A DNA stretch of 64,000 nucleotides from contig OZ242351.1 in assembly GCA_965208675.1 (NCBI GenBank), positions 320,001 to 384,000 on the forward strand, given 5' to 3'. Source of the stretch: Candidatus Poribacteria bacterium (GTDB taxonomy: Bacteria > Poribacteria > WGA-4E > PCPOR2b). The notes beneath the pieces were generated by a model that saw only the letters and a program-made list of their open reading frames with translations, had not been told where the DNA came from and searched no databases. The position numbers were made by a program, and so were the translations under genes. Positions 9,512 to 19,297 of this stretch are shown in pieces; position 1 is the stretch's first letter; each line of letters starts with the position of its first letter.

Positions 9512-11112
9512 TATTTCTGCGCCGCCTCGTTCGTTTGACTGTTTAATTGGCGGTCAATCCGCGCGAGATGGTCTAAAATCTGTTGATTGGTCGAATCCAA
9601 ATCTATAGCTCGCCGAAGTGTTGACTCTGCCTCCGCGTAGTCGCCCATTACGTAGTAAATTGATGCCAATGCGTCTAGATTATCGGCAGTCGGCTCGGAT
9701 TCAACAACTTTTCGGGTAAGGTCTCGGGCAATCACTAAATGTCCAGCCGATTTTTTCGATTGGCCGTCTGCGCGATAGAGTAACCCAAGCATCAAATGTC
9801 CTTTGATGTATTTGGCGTCAACGCCAACGGCCGTTTCGTAAACTGAAATCGCCCTCGGCTTCTGTTTATTTTGGATATAAACCGTCGCGATTCCGTCATA
9901 TGCTTCCAAAAGGCTTGGATCTTTCCGTAGCGCTATTTTATACTGATCGAATGCTTTTTCCGGGTGGTTATTATCAAGGTAAACACGCGCCAACTCCATG
10001 TATCCGCGTGGGTCGTTGGGGGCTTCTTGGGTTTTTCTTTCCGCAGCATCAATCGCCTCCCCCAGCTGCCGAAGTTTTCGCGCTATCTCCCGTTCCTTCT
10101 TCGCCTCCTCATGTCTCCCAAGCCGCATATAGCAACGGGAAAGATTGTGGTGAAGCCGAAGGTTGTCCCCGCTTTCCGGCAATAATTGTTCGTACTCGTT
10201 GGTAGCTTCCTTGAATTGTCCCTGCTGTTGATATGTGAATCCAAGTTCCATGCGGGCAAAACTGTTATCCGGGGCAATTCGCAATGCTCGCTGAAAATCT
10301 TCCATCGCTTCCGTAAACATCCCCTGTTTCGAATAAACTACGCCGCGGTTACAGTGCACTTCAGACAGGTTCGGCTGTAGAACCAGCGCGCGGTTATAGG
10401 CTTCCAGCGCGGATGAAAACTCCACCTGCATCACATAGATATTTCCCAACCCAAAATGCGCTTCGTATAGACTCGGATCTAACGCAAGCGCCGATTGGTA
10501 ATGTCGGATTGCTTCCGATTCACGGCGCTGTGTCGTAAGGGCATCTGCTAATTTCGCGTGCAGCCAACCTAATTTCGGGTCAATTTCAATCGCCATTTCA
10601 TAGTGGGCGATGGCTTCTTGGTGTTCTCGTTGCTCAGAGAGGAGATGTCCGATTCCTACGTGAGCCTTCAGTATTCTATCATTGAGCGTAAGCGCCTTTC
10701 GAAAGGCATTGAACGCCTGTTCTGGATGTCCGGTTTGCCAATAAACGTAACCGATGCCGCCGTACGCTTCGGCGAACGCTGGGTCTTGGTGGATGACCTT
10801 CTGGTATTCAGTCAACGCCGCATCATATTTTCCCTGATCGGCGAGCAACTCCGCATGTTGGAAATAACGCTGTGTAGCTTCCGTGGGTTGTGCGTAGATA
10901 CGCAAACACGGTAAAGCGACGATGAGGATGGAAAGTAAGCCGCAGAATATGGGCCGTGCTTTGTGGTATGGTTCCAGTTGCTTGAGTCTAGAAATATTCG
11001 TCCAAAAATTGTCGCAGACCACAAATGAGACGAAACATACTCGAAAAAAAACAATGGCTTGGTAGGTAAAACCCGAAACACTATGTGTCACAGTTCGCCA
11101 GTCCAATCGCAC
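9511..11112 (-). CDS. Tetratricopeptide repeat protein
   Basis: About 12 TPR units (AYGGIGYVY, AHFGLGNIY, ALRIAPD). The true start is probably downstream of the ORF start. Confidence 0.9.
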   Translation of the reverse strand: MRLDWRTVTHSVSGFTYQAIVFFRVCFVSFVVCDNFWTNISRLKQLEPYHKARPIFCGLLSILIVALPCLRIYAQPTEATQRYFQHAELLADQGKYDAALTEYQKVIHQDPAFAEAYGGIGYVYWQTGHPEQAFNAFRKALTLNDRILKAHVGIGHLLSEQREHQEAIAHYEMAIEIDPKLGWLHAKLADALTTQRRESEAIRHYQSALALDPSLYEAHFGLGNIYVMQVEFSSALEAYNRALVLQPNLSEVHCNRGVVYSKQGMFTEAMEDFQRALRIAPDNSFARMELGFTYQQQGQFKEATNEYEQLLPESGDNLRLHHNLSRCYMRLGRHEEAKKEREIARKLRQLGEAIDAAERKTQEAPNDPRGYMELARVYLDNNHPEKAFDQYKIALRKDPSLLEAYDGIATVYIQNKQKPRAISVYETAVGVDAKYIKGHLMLGLLYRADGQSKKSAGHLVIARDLTRKVVESEPTADNLDALASIYYVMGDYAEAESTLRRAIDLDSTNQQILDHLARIDRQLNSQTNEAAQK

Positions 11113-11154
11113 ATCTGAACAAATGCGCTCATTTGAAAGGATTAGTTGGCTTCG

Positions 11155-11895
11155 TTATACCGCCGGCTTCACAATCCGAAAACCAACATTGTGCACCGAT
11201 TGTATGGGTTCGTAAGCGGCGCGGTTGGCGCACCGTGCTGCGAATTCACCTCGTGCGACCCACGAACCGCCCCGAATTACTTTCCGTCTGCCGCGTGCCG
11301 GTCCCCGGGGATTCTCCGCCGGGGAATTTTTGTAAGTTTCCGGGTGAAACCAATCGCTGCACCACTCGTAAGCATTTCCCGCCGCATCATAGCAGCCATA
11401 AACACTGGCGCCGTCGGGGTAACTCCCAACAGGTGTGAGCCGCTTGATACGGCTTTCCGATGTGTTCGCTTTGGAAGAGTCCCACTCATCTCCCCAGGGA
11501 TATTCGCGACCACCTGTGCCTCTGGCAACTTTCTCCCATTCCGCTTCGGTCGGGAGGCGATACGATTCGTCTGTGCATTCCTCAATCCACACCAAAAATG
11601 CCTGTGTGTCGTACCAGGTCACCCCAACGACGGGACAGTCGGGAGCGTTGAAACGCGGGTTGGCGTGAAACTGTGGAAGTTGATGCCGCGTGGTGTCGAC
11701 GAATTGTAAGTATTGGGCATTTGTAACATGGTATTTTCCAATATAGTACTCGTCAAGAGTTACCTTTCGCTGCGGTTCTTCGTGATCGGTTTTTCTGATT
11801 CCCGTGGGATTCGTCCCCATTAGGAATTGACCTTCAGGCACCCTTGCAAGCGGATAGTTAATCTGTTCAATGATTAAATCCTGATTCCCTGACAT
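11155..11895 (-). CDS. FGE-sulfatase (SUMF1/EgtB/PvdO-family) domain protein
   Basis: FLMG, VTNAQY, PVVGVTW, YRLPTEAEWEK, YPWG, GNAYEW, RGGSW and VGFRI. The catalytic FGE Cys pair is not seen. Confidence 0.9.
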   Translation of the reverse strand: MSGNQDLIIEQINYPLARVPEGQFLMGTNPTGIRKTDHEEPQRKVTLDEYYIGKYHVTNAQYLQFVDTTRHQLPQFHANPRFNAPDCPVVGVTWYDTQAFLVWIEECTDESYRLPTEAEWEKVARGTGGREYPWGDEWDSSKANTSESRIKRLTPVGSYPDGASVYGCYDAAGNAYEWCSDWFHPETYKNSPAENPRGPARGRRKVIRGGSWVARGEFAARCANRAAYEPIQSVHNVGFRIVKPAV

Positions 11896-11981
11896 TCCTT
11901 TATCTCAGTAAACAACCCATGCAGCGAGCATTTCAGCGCGCGGCGTTTTCCTAAAATTGAAGGTTGCCTGTACCTTGTGGT

Positions 11982-12722
11982 TCATGCCCTTCCATAAACT
12001 GGAATCGCCGCGCCGTTGATGATGGCGGCATCATTAGAGGTGAGGAACAAAATTACTTTGGCAATATCGCTCGGTGATACCCAGCGAGAGTGGTCTTCAT
12101 CCGGCATTCCCTTGCGATTCGCGGGCGTATCGATGATACTGGGCAGGATTGAATTGACATTGATACCCGAATCTTTTACCTCTTCTGCAATTGACTCTGT
12201 GAGTACGCGGAGACCGCTTTTCGATGCGCAATATGCTCCTAATCCGGCGATGCCACTCAAGCCGGCGCGCGCTGAGACGTTCACGATTTTGCCATACCTG
12301 CGTTCTAACATCTGCGGAATGACGGCTTTGCAGCATAAGAAGGTCGCTTTCAGGTTCAAATCCATCATGAAATCCCATTTCTCCAAATCTGTCTCCGCAA
12401 CCGGAACTCCGCCAAAAAAACCTCCCGCGATATTCGCCAATATGTCAACGTGCCCTAGTTCATCGTAAACTGTGCGGAAAAATTTCTTCACCTCGGATTC
12501 AACCGTCAGGTCTGCACTGACGGTCATCACTTGCGATTTCAGTCTTCCTATCGTTTGCTCAAAATCGGCAATGTGACGGTCGGACGTGCATGGTATAGCG
12601 ACTTTGCAGCCTTCCATAAGCAATGCTTGCGTAACAGCCACGCCAAGTCCGCCCGTCCCGCCGGTGACAACAGCAGAACGGCTTGGATTTTCCATTATGG
12701 ATCCTTTCTTGAGAGATGCCAA
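11982..12722 (-). CDS. Short-chain dehydrogenase/reductase
   Basis: TGGTGGLG, NIAGG, YCASK (YxxxK) and IDTPANR. Confidence 0.93.
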   Translation of the reverse strand: MASLKKGSIMENPSRSAVVTGGTGGLGVAVTQALLMEGCKVAIPCTSDRHIADFEQTIGRLKSQVMTVSADLTVESEVKKFFRTVYDELGHVDILANIAGGFFGGVPVAETDLEKWDFMMDLNLKATFLCCKAVIPQMLERRYGKIVNVSARAGLSGIAGLGAYCASKSGLRVLTESIAEEVKDSGINVNSILPSIIDTPANRKGMPDEDHSRWVSPSDIAKVILFLTSNDAAIINGAAIPVYGRA

Positions 12723-12780
12723 ATATCATGCGAGAAACCTAGTAATTTGAACGGTTTAAATCAAACCTGTCCCACTCATA

Positions 12781-14571
12781 CTATTCATTCCGCAGGCGTT
12801 CTTCCAAAGATTCTAGCTCCTGAAGTAACGCTGCTGGAAGTCTGTCCCCGAAACGGCGATAGTGTTCCCGGATGCTCTCAACCTCCTGCCGCCACTCTTG
12901 AACATCAACCGACAAGAGAAGTTCCATATTTTTCGGCGGGATTTCTGATCCACTGATATCAATCGCATCAGGTGTTGGCAAGTAACCAATCGGGGTTTGT
13001 ATTGCCTTTCCGTCACCAGAAACACGTTCGTAGATCCATTTGAGTACGCGGCCATTTTCACCGTAACCAGGCCAGAGCCATGAACCGTCGGCTGATTTTC
13101 TGAACCAATTGACGTAGAATATTCGTGGCAACTTGTCCGGCTCCGTCTGACTGCCAATGGTAAGCCAATGCTGAAAGTAATCCCCCATATTGTAACCGCA
13201 GAAGGGCAGCATCGCCATCGGATCTCGCCTCAATTCGCCCACTTTTCCGGCTGCGGCAGCCGTTTTTTCCGACGATGCGATTGATCCGATGAACGTTCCG
13301 TGCTGCCAATTAAACGCTTCATGAACGAGCGGTACCACAGCCGCTCGCCGCCCGCCGAAAAGGATTGCTGAAATAGGTACTCCTTTTGGGTTTTCCCAAT
13401 CTGGATCAATCGTCGGGCATTGCGCAGCTGGTGTAGTGTAACGGGCATTCGGGTGTGCTGCCGTCTTTGGACTCGCCGGCGTCCACGCCTCGCCGAGCCA
13501 GCTCGTAAGTTCTTCAGGTGGTTCCTCCGACATTTCTTCCCACCACACATCGCCGTCTGGTGTCAAGGCAACATTCGTGAAGATCGAATTTGACTCTAGC
13601 GTAAACATAGCGTTAGGATTCGATTCCATTGAGGTACCGGGCGCCACTCCAAAAAAGCCGGATTCCGGGTTAATCGCATAAAGCCGGCCGTCTGCACCGA
13701 ACTTCATCCAGGCAATGTCATCACCGACTGTCTCAACTTTCCATCCTGGGATTGTCGGCGTCATCATCGCTAGGTTAGTTTTGCCGCAAGCGCTCGGGAA
13801 AGCGGCAGCAACGTAAATTTTTTCCCCATTGGGAGGAGTGATGCCTAGGATGAGCATATGTTCAGCCAGCCAGCCTTGCTGACGCGCCATGAAAGAAGCG
13901 ATTCGCAACGAAAAACACTTCTTGCCCAACAACGCGTTCCCGCCGTAGCCGCTTCCATAAGACCAGATCGACGGTTCATCAGGAAAATGTACAATATATT
14001 TGTTGTCGGGATCGCATGGCCAAGCCGCGTCCTTTTGACCTTTTTCAAGCGGCGCACCGATGGAATGAAGGCACGGAACGAAATCGCCGTCTTTACCCAA
14101 GACCGCCAGCGCAGCAGTTCCAATTCGAGTCATAATGCGCATATTGACCACTACGTACGGAGAGTCGCTAATCTGAACGCCAATGCGCGAAATCTCGGAT
14201 CCCAGAGGACCCATACTGTACGGTATTACGTACATCGTGCGTCCCTTCATGGAACCGTCAAAAAATTTCGTCATGACAGATTTCATTTCGTCGGCGTCTC
14301 GCCAATTGTTTGTCGGTCCCACATCATCTTCGTCTTTTGTACAGATAAAGGTTCGATCCTCGACGCGGGCTACATCGCCGGGATCGGAGTGGGCTAAGAA
14401 GCAGCCGGGACGTTTTGCCGGATTCAATCGAATAAACGTTCCCGCGTCTACCAGCACGTCGCACAAAGCGTCGTTTTCAGCTTGAGATCCATCGCACCAG
14501 TGAATATCATCCGGTTGGCAAAGCGCCGCTGTTTCATTTACCCAATTGAGTAATTTTTCATTGTTTGTCAC
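12781..14571 (-). CDS. pckG: Phosphoenolpyruvate carboxykinase (GTP)
   Basis: [59 protein letters not shown] and DPMAMLPF; GTG start with an AAGGAG SD. Confidence 0.97.
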   Translation of the reverse strand: MTNNEKLLNWVNETAALCQPDDIHWCDGSQAENDALCDVLVDAGTFIRLNPAKRPGCFLAHSDPGDVARVEDRTFICTKDEDDVGPTNNWRDADEMKSVMTKFFDGSMKGRTMYVIPYSMGPLGSEISRIGVQISDSPYVVVNMRIMTRIGTAALAVLGKDGDFVPCLHSIGAPLEKGQKDAAWPCDPDNKYIVHFPDEPSIWSYGSGYGGNALLGKKCFSLRIASFMARQQGWLAEHMLILGITPPNGEKIYVAAAFPSACGKTNLAMMTPTIPGWKVETVGDDIAWMKFGADGRLYAINPESGFFGVAPGTSMESNPNAMFTLESNSIFTNVALTPDGDVWWEEMSEEPPEELTSWLGEAWTPASPKTAAHPNARYTTPAAQCPTIDPDWENPKGVPISAILFGGRRAAVVPLVHEAFNWQHGTFIGSIASSEKTAAAAGKVGELRRDPMAMLPFCGYNMGDYFQHWLTIGSQTEPDKLPRIFYVNWFRKSADGSWLWPGYGENGRVLKWIYERVSGDGKAIQTPIGYLPTPDAIDISGSEIPPKNMELLLSVDVQEWRQEVESIREHYRRFGDRLPAALLQELESLEERLRNE

Positions 14572-14645
14572 TGAATATATCTCCTTTTATGCGTTCTTAC
14601 ACGAATATTTGGTAGCACTCAACCACCGCGCCCTGTAGTCGGGCA

Positions 14646-14673
14646 TCAAGCGACTGAATAAGGAGCGCGATAG
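14646..14673. repeat. 28-bp dispersed mini-module TCAAGCGACYGAATARSGRGCGCGATAG, copy 1
   Basis: TCAAGCGACTGAATAAGGAGCGCGATAG; near-identical copies at 19025-19052 and 20539-20566. Confidence 0.85.
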
Positions 14674-14720
14674 AGTTCTTCCTTGCCCCGCCCTATGCTG
14701 GTGTAAGGTATTTGGTAGAA

Positions 14721-14783
14721 TCAAGCGACCGATTGGGATCAACTGAGCGAATAGCGAAAACCATAGTAAATCCCGCGCGATAG
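14721..14783. repeat. Interrupted copy of the 28-bp mini-module
   Basis: TCAAGCGACCGA...GAATAGCG...GCGCGATAG, split by inserts bounded by GGGAT/ATCCC. Confidence 0.6.
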
Positions 14784-14884
14784 AAGTTCCTCCGGTTATT
14801 ACGACTCAAACGCTCAAGATCGGGATTCCCGCCTAATTTTCAATCAGGATCTTAGCCCGGCCACGTCTATCTGCCTAATATTGA

Positions 14885-17437
14885 CTATTGTGAAATTGAC
14901 ATACAAAATTGCTTCAGCGGTCCAGTCAATCGCGTGCCGCCCGGTACAAACGCCAAGATTAACCCGTCAACGGTAGCATCTCTGTTAGCAACGACTCCGG
15001 TTGAACGCTCTGCGGTCACGCCTTTGGAGAGGAAAAGATGGAACGCATCTCGCTTTAACCCTTGCGTCGTATAAAAATTCCCTTGTCCTTTGGAAATGAC
15101 AACATCTGCATCTAGCAGGGCATTCAAAAATTCCGGTGTCGCCTGATACAGGTCTGTTCCAATCGTCGCCGAGCCGGAAGAGATGAACGACACATCCCCG
15201 AATTGAATCTGGTCTCGAAGGTTTTGGAAGAGAGGATGTGCAGCAATCTCCAACAAATCATCAAATGTTGCATCGTTGCCTGCCGGACACCCCTTGCCAG
15301 CTACCGTAATCTGATGACCGCATTCGGCGAGCATCCGGATGAACCATAAATCGAAAACCGCTTCGCCGTCATTGTCGGCAAGCCAAATTAACCGCTTCGG
15401 TTCGCCCAAGATTATCATCGAGTTGAACTTTTCAAAACAGTCGATTGCAAATGGTACATTCAATGCTTCTCTTAAGGCGTGGACGAAGTAATCGGGATTT
15501 TCTTCTATCTTCATGACTACCCTAGCACTGTTGTAATCAATGATGTTGGCTGCAGTAATGAGTTTCAGCCGTTCGAGCCAATTACATCCCGAAAATTCAT
15601 TGATGAGGTTTATCGCAGTCTGTCTAGCTCCGCGTTTATCTCTGCGGTAAGGATCGCGGTTTCCTGTACACATGGCGGCAATCTCAAAGATACATCCCCA
15701 AAGTTGCTCGGGAGTCAAATCGTCAATAACGTGTGCACCGTCGTCTTTCTGCATTTTCAACAAATCGTTGACGGCTTGGATTGCGGTTATACGCAACGCT
15801 GGGTCGCGCGTTGCCCGTGGAATCAATTCACGCGCCGAATGTGATTGAACATGCTTGCGGAGGTTTTCCCAGTCAGGCTTCCCGCGCTTTTCAAAAAAAG
15901 TGAACATGCCCGGTTTGTAGTCCGGCAAAGCCAGTCGGCCAATGGCGCGCAATCCCTTCTCATCCGAATTAGTTTGACTTTCCTTTTGAACCGGTTCGAA
16001 GGATGGCAACCCCAACCCGGTATCAACACGTACGCCAAAATGGACATCGTTAGCTGAGATTCCCGGTGGTATAACCGTTGCATTCGCATGTACAGATTTC
16101 AGGCTTACCGAACGGCCGATTTTCACGCGATCAAAATGGCTGTTTTCAATGTGGCTTTGGACGGCTAACCCGGCAATGGGTGCTGCGACTTCCGTCGAAA
16201 TCGAGTTTGATTCAATTACGGTGTCCCGTGCTGTCACATCCTTCAAACCGACAAGGTCCCCGACCGTTGTATTGTGCCCCAACACCACATTTTCAAGCCG
16301 GCAGTAATTTCCAATCCGCACTCCTGCGCCGAGATGAACGCGTCCCAACAGGTAACAACCGTGCCCAATCTCAATTTCTTCGCTTTCCATAAAGATCTGT
16401 GCGTGCGGATCGACACGTATGCCACGTTGCGCCAGTCGGCGGCGCGAATTCTCGAATAGGCTGTCCTCACCGGCGAGGACATTTGCCCAACGGTTCACTC
16501 CGGAAATGATTTCTTCCTCATAGATATAAGCGTTTGTCCTTAGCCCATCATCGTAGCAATGGCGAATCAAATCTATATGATGAAGTTCCAATTTACTACT
16601 GTGTGGCTGCAATCTATCCATCCGATCAATCGCAGCATCGCGGCGAATCAGCGTGATACCGGTATTCGTAATAGCCTCCCCGCGTTCGAGGCGGCGCCGC
16701 ATTTCGCGCTGTTCAGCATTAGTCATGTCGAACCACTCTTTCGTACCCATGAATTTGCCGCCGCTATCGAAAAACAAACCCCCTTTGTCGATTACAGTCT
16801 CTGGAATTTTTCCGCAAAGGGTGACATCTGCTCCGGTGATGACGTGCGAAATGAGTGTATTTAGGTACATGGCACGGTTTAAAAAGGGTTCGTCGCCAAA
16901 CCCAACTCCGATTAATTCAGCATCGGAATCGGAAATTGCGCCGAGTGCAGCGCGCAAGGCTGCTCCTGTCCCATAGAGTTGTTCGGGCTGGATGCATAGT
17001 ATTGCGTTGGGGCCAAACAGTCGATGAACTGCTTCTGGATTGAGTGCGGATACCGGAACGACTCCATTGGCAGGAATATCTGTTGTTGTCACTCGCGACG
17101 CCATTTTGGCGTTTATGACGATGATGTGTGGCCGACTGCCTGGCAGGCATCTCCGCGACAGTTGCAGGGTATTCTGTTCACCAAACCACACATCCAAGGT
17201 TTTGTTCAGGTTGCCCAACGGATCAATGCGCGAACCCGTACCCGCAGCTAATACCACCCATTGCGGATCAATCCATCGCGCGAGATTTTCCTCATACTTA
17301 CGATTGGCAACAACCTGGAGGAATTGTTCAATTCGATCTTTGCCATTCGCCGCGTCAGGGATGCCGATTGTGTTTGTGAGATTACATCGAAGAATAGTCT
17401 CAACAATTTCACGCAGGTTTTCGTGAACTATAGCCAT
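14885..17437 (-). CDS. Fusion protein: GlmU-like sugar-1-phosphate nucleotidyltransferase, left-handed beta-helix, and DUF89/ARMT1 damage-control phosphatase
   Basis: VVLAAGTGSRI, YGTGAAL, GDEP and GVN; hexapeptide repeats (VHLGAGVRIGNYCRL); C-terminal DPYRRDK, AANIIDY, LADNDGE, NDAT and ISKGQGNF. Confidence 0.8.
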   Translation of the reverse strand: MAIVHENLREIVETILRCNLTNTIGIPDAANGKDRIEQFLQVVANRKYEENLARWIDPQWVVLAAGTGSRIDPLGNLNKTLDVWFGEQNTLQLSRRCLPGSRPHIIVINAKMASRVTTTDIPANGVVPVSALNPEAVHRLFGPNAILCIQPEQLYGTGAALRAALGAISDSDAELIGVGFGDEPFLNRAMYLNTLISHVITGADVTLCGKIPETVIDKGGLFFDSGGKFMGTKEWFDMTNAEQREMRRRLERGEAITNTGITLIRRDAAIDRMDRLQPHSSKLELHHIDLIRHCYDDGLRTNAYIYEEEIISGVNRWANVLAGEDSLFENSRRRLAQRGIRVDPHAQIFMESEEIEIGHGCYLLGRVHLGAGVRIGNYCRLENVVLGHNTTVGDLVGLKDVTARDTVIESNSISTEVAAPIAGLAVQSHIENSHFDRVKIGRSVSLKSVHANATVIPPGISANDVHFGVRVDTGLGLPSFEPVQKESQTNSDEKGLRAIGRLALPDYKPGMFTFFEKRGKPDWENLRKHVQSHSARELIPRATRDPALRITAIQAVNDLLKMQKDDGAHVIDDLTPEQLWGCIFEIAAMCTGNRDPYRRDKRGARQTAINLINEFSGCNWLERLKLITAANIIDYNSARVVMKIEENPDYFVHALREALNVPFAIDCFEKFNSMIILGEPKRLIWLADNDGEAVFDLWFIRMLAECGHQITVAGKGCPAGNDATFDDLLEIAAHPLFQNLRDQIQFGDVSFISSGSATIGTDLYQATPEFLNALLDADVVISKGQGNFYTTQGLKRDAFHLFLSKGVTAERSTGVVANRDATVDGLILAFVPGGTRLTGPLKQFCMSISQ

Positions 17438-17548
17438 CTCTTAATTTGGTCAATCCCAAAATATTAGACATCTTTCCAAAATAATTCCGAAGCCCAATAC
17501 CGCTTAAGTATTGGCTGCAATCATTCTGTATGCCTAAGTCAACGTGAT

Positions 17549-17577
17549 AGTTTATCTGATACGCGCCGCGAAGTCAA
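17549..17577 (-). promoter_or_regulatory. sigma70-type promoter for the fusion gene
   Basis: TTGACT-17 bp-TAAACT. Confidence 0.55.
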
Positions 17578-17607
17578 GACGAACTTATATATTGCCCGCC
17601 AAAACAC

Positions 17608-17636
17608 TTGACATCAAATTGAGCAACGGGTATGCT
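17608..17636 (+). promoter_or_regulatory. sigma70-type promoter for the FAD oxidoreductase
   Basis: TTGACA-17 bp-TATGCT. Confidence 0.65.
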
Positions 17637-17727
17637 TTCGTTAGGTTCAAACAGAACCTTTATTCTACGGCGCATACCCCCTTATCATACCTACAAATCG
17701 TCAATCTAAACTACTCGGGAGAATTAA

Positions 17728-18897
17728 ATGGTTGTAAACGGAAAACATCTTCCTTATAACCGTAAGTTAAAGGTCGTAGTAATCGGCGCGGGAATAATCG
17801 GGGCGTCTATTGCCTACCGCCTTTCACGCCGCGAGGAAATTTCGGTGACCGTCCTAGAGAGCGGTAAGCCGGGTAACGGCGCGTCGGGCCATAGCTTTGC
17901 TTGGTTGAACGCCTTCCGCAAAGAACCCGAGTCCTATCACCATTTCAATCGGTTGTCAATGGACATCTGGCGCCGCTATGCTGAGGAACTACGCACGGAT
18001 GTCGGCCTGCACTGCCGCGGAATGTTGCGTTGGGAAAACACCGGCGAGGGGGCGAAGGTACTAAACGAACGCGTCAAGCAGTTACAGGAGCGCGGTTATC
18101 CTTGCCGGCTGATTTCGGTCGAGGAAATGCGCCAACTTGAACCGGGAATTTCTCCGGGGACGGTGAGTGCCGTTTCGTTATCCGAAATTGATGGAATTGT
18201 GGAACCGCTCAAAGTTACCGACGCCTGCTTGCAACGGGCAGAGGAGCGAGGCGCCGAATTGCGTACCCAAACCCCGGTCACCGGCCTGCGCTTAGGAAAA
18301 AAAGGCGGCAAGTCTGAATGTGTGGAGGGAGTAAACACGCCGAACGGGGAGATTGACTGCGATATACTGGTGGCTGCCTGCGGTGTAGCCACGACGGCAC
18401 TCGCAGCCATGGCGGGCGTGCATGTTCCGCAGGAGTATAGCCCGGGTGTGGTGATACGGACTGATCCACGCCCAGCGCTGCTGCATAGCGTTTCCGTGTT
18501 ACACACGCCGGCTTCGGAAAAAGATGAATCGGAGATTCATCTGCGGCAAGCCGCCGATGGAACGGTAATAATGGGCGAAGGTTCGCAGGAGAGTTTGCAC
18601 CGGGACGACTCTCAAGGGCATGCTGATGCGCTATTACGGCGTGCAACAAAATACCTGCCAACGCTAAACGGCGCACGGGCTATTCCGGTGCCTCTGGGTC
18701 ATCGTCCGATGCCTATTGACGGTTTGCCAACCCTAGGTTTCGCGGCGGAAGTGCCGAATATGTATATCGCCGTGATGCACAGCGGAGTTACGTTAGCCCC
18801 CCTTGTGAGCGAGCTAGCGGCGATGGAAATCGTTGACAGGGCAGGTGTTGAAATGCTCGCTCCGTACCGCCCGGAGCGATTCCGATTGAAAAAATGA
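17728..18897 (+). CDS. FAD-dependent oxidoreductase (DAO/glycine oxidase family)
   Basis: VVVIGAGIIG, GASGHSFAWLNA, RPMPIDGLP and HSGVTLAP. Confidence 0.92.
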   Translation: MVVNGKHLPYNRKLKVVVIGAGIIGASIAYRLSRREEISVTVLESGKPGNGASGHSFAWLNAFRKEPESYHHFNRLSMDIWRRYAEELRTDVGLHCRGMLRWENTGEGAKVLNERVKQLQERGYPCRLISVEEMRQLEPGISPGTVSAVSLSEIDGIVEPLKVTDACLQRAEERGAELRTQTPVTGLRLGKKGGKSECVEGVNTPNGEIDCDILVAACGVATTALAAMAGVHVPQEYSPGVVIRTDPRPALLHSVSVLHTPASEKDESEIHLRQAADGTVIMGEGSQESLHRDDSQGHADALLRRATKYLPTLNGARAIPVPLGHRPMPIDGLPTLGFAAEVPNMYIAVMHSGVTLAPLVSELAAMEIVDRAGVEMLAPYRPERFRLKK

Positions 18898-18966
18898 GCA
18901 GATTTATAGGTTGGGTATAGCTAAGGACCTACCGAATCGGGAGGACGGTGGTCTTCACGAACGTCT

Positions 18967-19274
18967 CTGTAGGAACGGCTTCCTAGTCGCGATAATCAAC
19001 GTCAATCGTCCGTGCATGAGCGGATCAAGCGACCGAATAGCGGGCGCGATAGCATCAAATACCGCTACCGTAAGAATAATCGCGGCTAGGGAGCCGCTTC
19101 TACAAGGTTAGTCAATAATAAATGGTTGACGCTAGGAAGCCGTTCGTAAAGGGAGGGGCGAAAGGGTTAATACCTGTAGGAGGGAAATCCTTTTCCCAAT
19201 TTTGGAAAAAGTCAACGCTGGGAAGCCTTTCCTACGGGGATAGTAAAAAGTCGCGGCTGGAAAGCCGCTCCTAC
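18967..19274. repeat. GTAG-type REP cluster (BIME/REPIN-like), left of the M42 gene; 18967-19154 is directly repeated at 20481-20668
   Basis: REP consensus TCGCGGCTGGGAAGCCGCTCCTAC at 18969-18993 (inverted), 19079-19103, about 19126-19149, 19212-19235 and 19251-19274. Confidence 0.9.
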
Positions 19275-19297
19275 GGAAAAAAGGAGAAAGGGACGCA

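Noticed and set aside
11155-11320. FGE-type C-terminus as a diversity-generating retroelement variable region
   Set aside because: No template repeat with adenine-specific mismatches and no reverse transcriptase are seen in the window.
18911-19111. 66-aa ORF upstream of the M42 gene
   Set aside because: It lies almost entirely within the REP repeat and is spurious.
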